From an uncultured Lachnospiraceae bacterium (lineage in GTDB: Bacteria > Bacillota > Clostridia > Lachnospirales > Lachnospiraceae), in NCBI GenBank assembly GCA_947575805.1, contig CANPOY010000010.1:164-64163 (forward strand): DNA of 64,000 bases, in the 5' to 3' direction. How positions within the stretch are numbered: position 1 is the first letter of the stretch; every line of letters starts with the position of its first letter. Position numbers and translations under genes: made by a program. The notes under the pieces are model-generated. The model had not been told where the DNA came from. It worked only from the letters and a program-made list of their open reading frames with translations, and made no database searches. Shown piece after piece: positions 63,474 to 64,000 of this stretch.

Positions 63474-64000
63474 TTACACAATTCGACCGAATACCGCGGT
63501 TACCGAAGCACCGCCCTGATTTAAGTTCCCCGTCAAAAGCCTGCCGCCGTGCTTTTCACAGTACAGCCTGCTGATATACATTCCGATTCCGGCATGTTTC
63601 AGGCTGTCTTTGGCATTTTGCTGATAAAAGGGCTCCACAGACCTGATGAAGGAATCGCAAAATCCACAGCCGTCATCAGTTACGCAGATCTGACATTCGG
63701 AGCCGGTGACGGAGAGGGTGATTTCCACTGCTTCTTTTGCGTAACGGAGGGCGTTGGACAGCAGATTTTCCGTGACCTCTAATATAATTTCCTTATCACC
63801 CTGGAAGGAATCTCCTGAGGGGGCAACGTGAAGCACAATTCTTTTTCCGTATTTTTTTCCCAGAATGCTTATCTCCGCGAGAAGATCTGCCCGCAGCTGT
63901 TTGGCGGTAAGTGCATTCGGACAAATCTCACGCCGTTCCAGGCTGCTCAGCTTTCGCATGGTCTCCACGAACTTATCCATGCGGTCAAGCTGTTTTTCGC
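63474..64000 (-). CDS. Sensor histidine kinase, C-terminal HATPase part (gene starts beyond the window)
   Basis: ENLLSNALRYA, DDGCGF, PFYQ, GIGMYIS. Confidence 0.9.
   Translation of the reverse strand, partial: EKQLDRMDKFVETMRKLSSLERREICPNALTAKQLRADLLAEISILGKKYGKRIVLHVAPSGDSFQGDKEIILEVTENLLSNALRYAKEAVEITLSVTGSECQICVTDDGCGFCDSFIRSVEPFYQQNAKDSLKHAGIGMYISRLYCEKHGGRLLTGNLNQGGASVTAVFGRIV

Noticed and set aside
1-64000. tRNA, rRNA, prophage, integron or invertible promoter
   Set aside because: I saw no cloverleaf or rRNA motifs, no integrase, recombinase or structural phage genes, and no paired inverted repeats flanking a promoter. This was a manual scan only, so tRNAscan-SE and Infernal should confirm it.

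Overview
64 kb of a Firmicutes chromosome. AGGAGG-type RBSs, sigmaA promoters, a T-box and the gene families suggest a Lachnospiraceae-like gut clostridium (inference). It is an accessory region rich in sensing and envelope genes: three OmpR-type two-component/ABC modules (the last cut by the window edge), a TetR-ABC module, a LytTR regulatory system, an ECF-sigma/ABC module, a WYL regulator, a hybrid histidine kinase, MATE/CPA/MgtC transporters and resistance-like enzymes (AAC(6')-like, AviRa-like). Housekeeping genes are few (hisD, rsmA). I saw no rRNA, tRNA, CRISPR array, integrase or intact transposase. The best candidate for an undescribed system is 24.9-29.1 kb. There a near-perfect 24-bp palindrome precedes a TTGACA-N17-TAAAAT promoter with a G9 homopolymer in its spacer (candidate phase variation). 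Downstream lie an unannotated 41-aa ORF, a zinc-ribbon/ECF-sigma/transmembrane/extracellular fusion protein, a tandem-repeat lipoprotein and a BspA-type LRR lipoprotein. A second window-wide signal is about 11 deletion scars. Several of these genes keep their start and end but have lost the core (Doc toxin, BlaR1, Uma2, MATE, serine hydrolase), and an Asn T-box has lost its regulated gene. All family assignments come from motif recognition by eye; no database searches were run.
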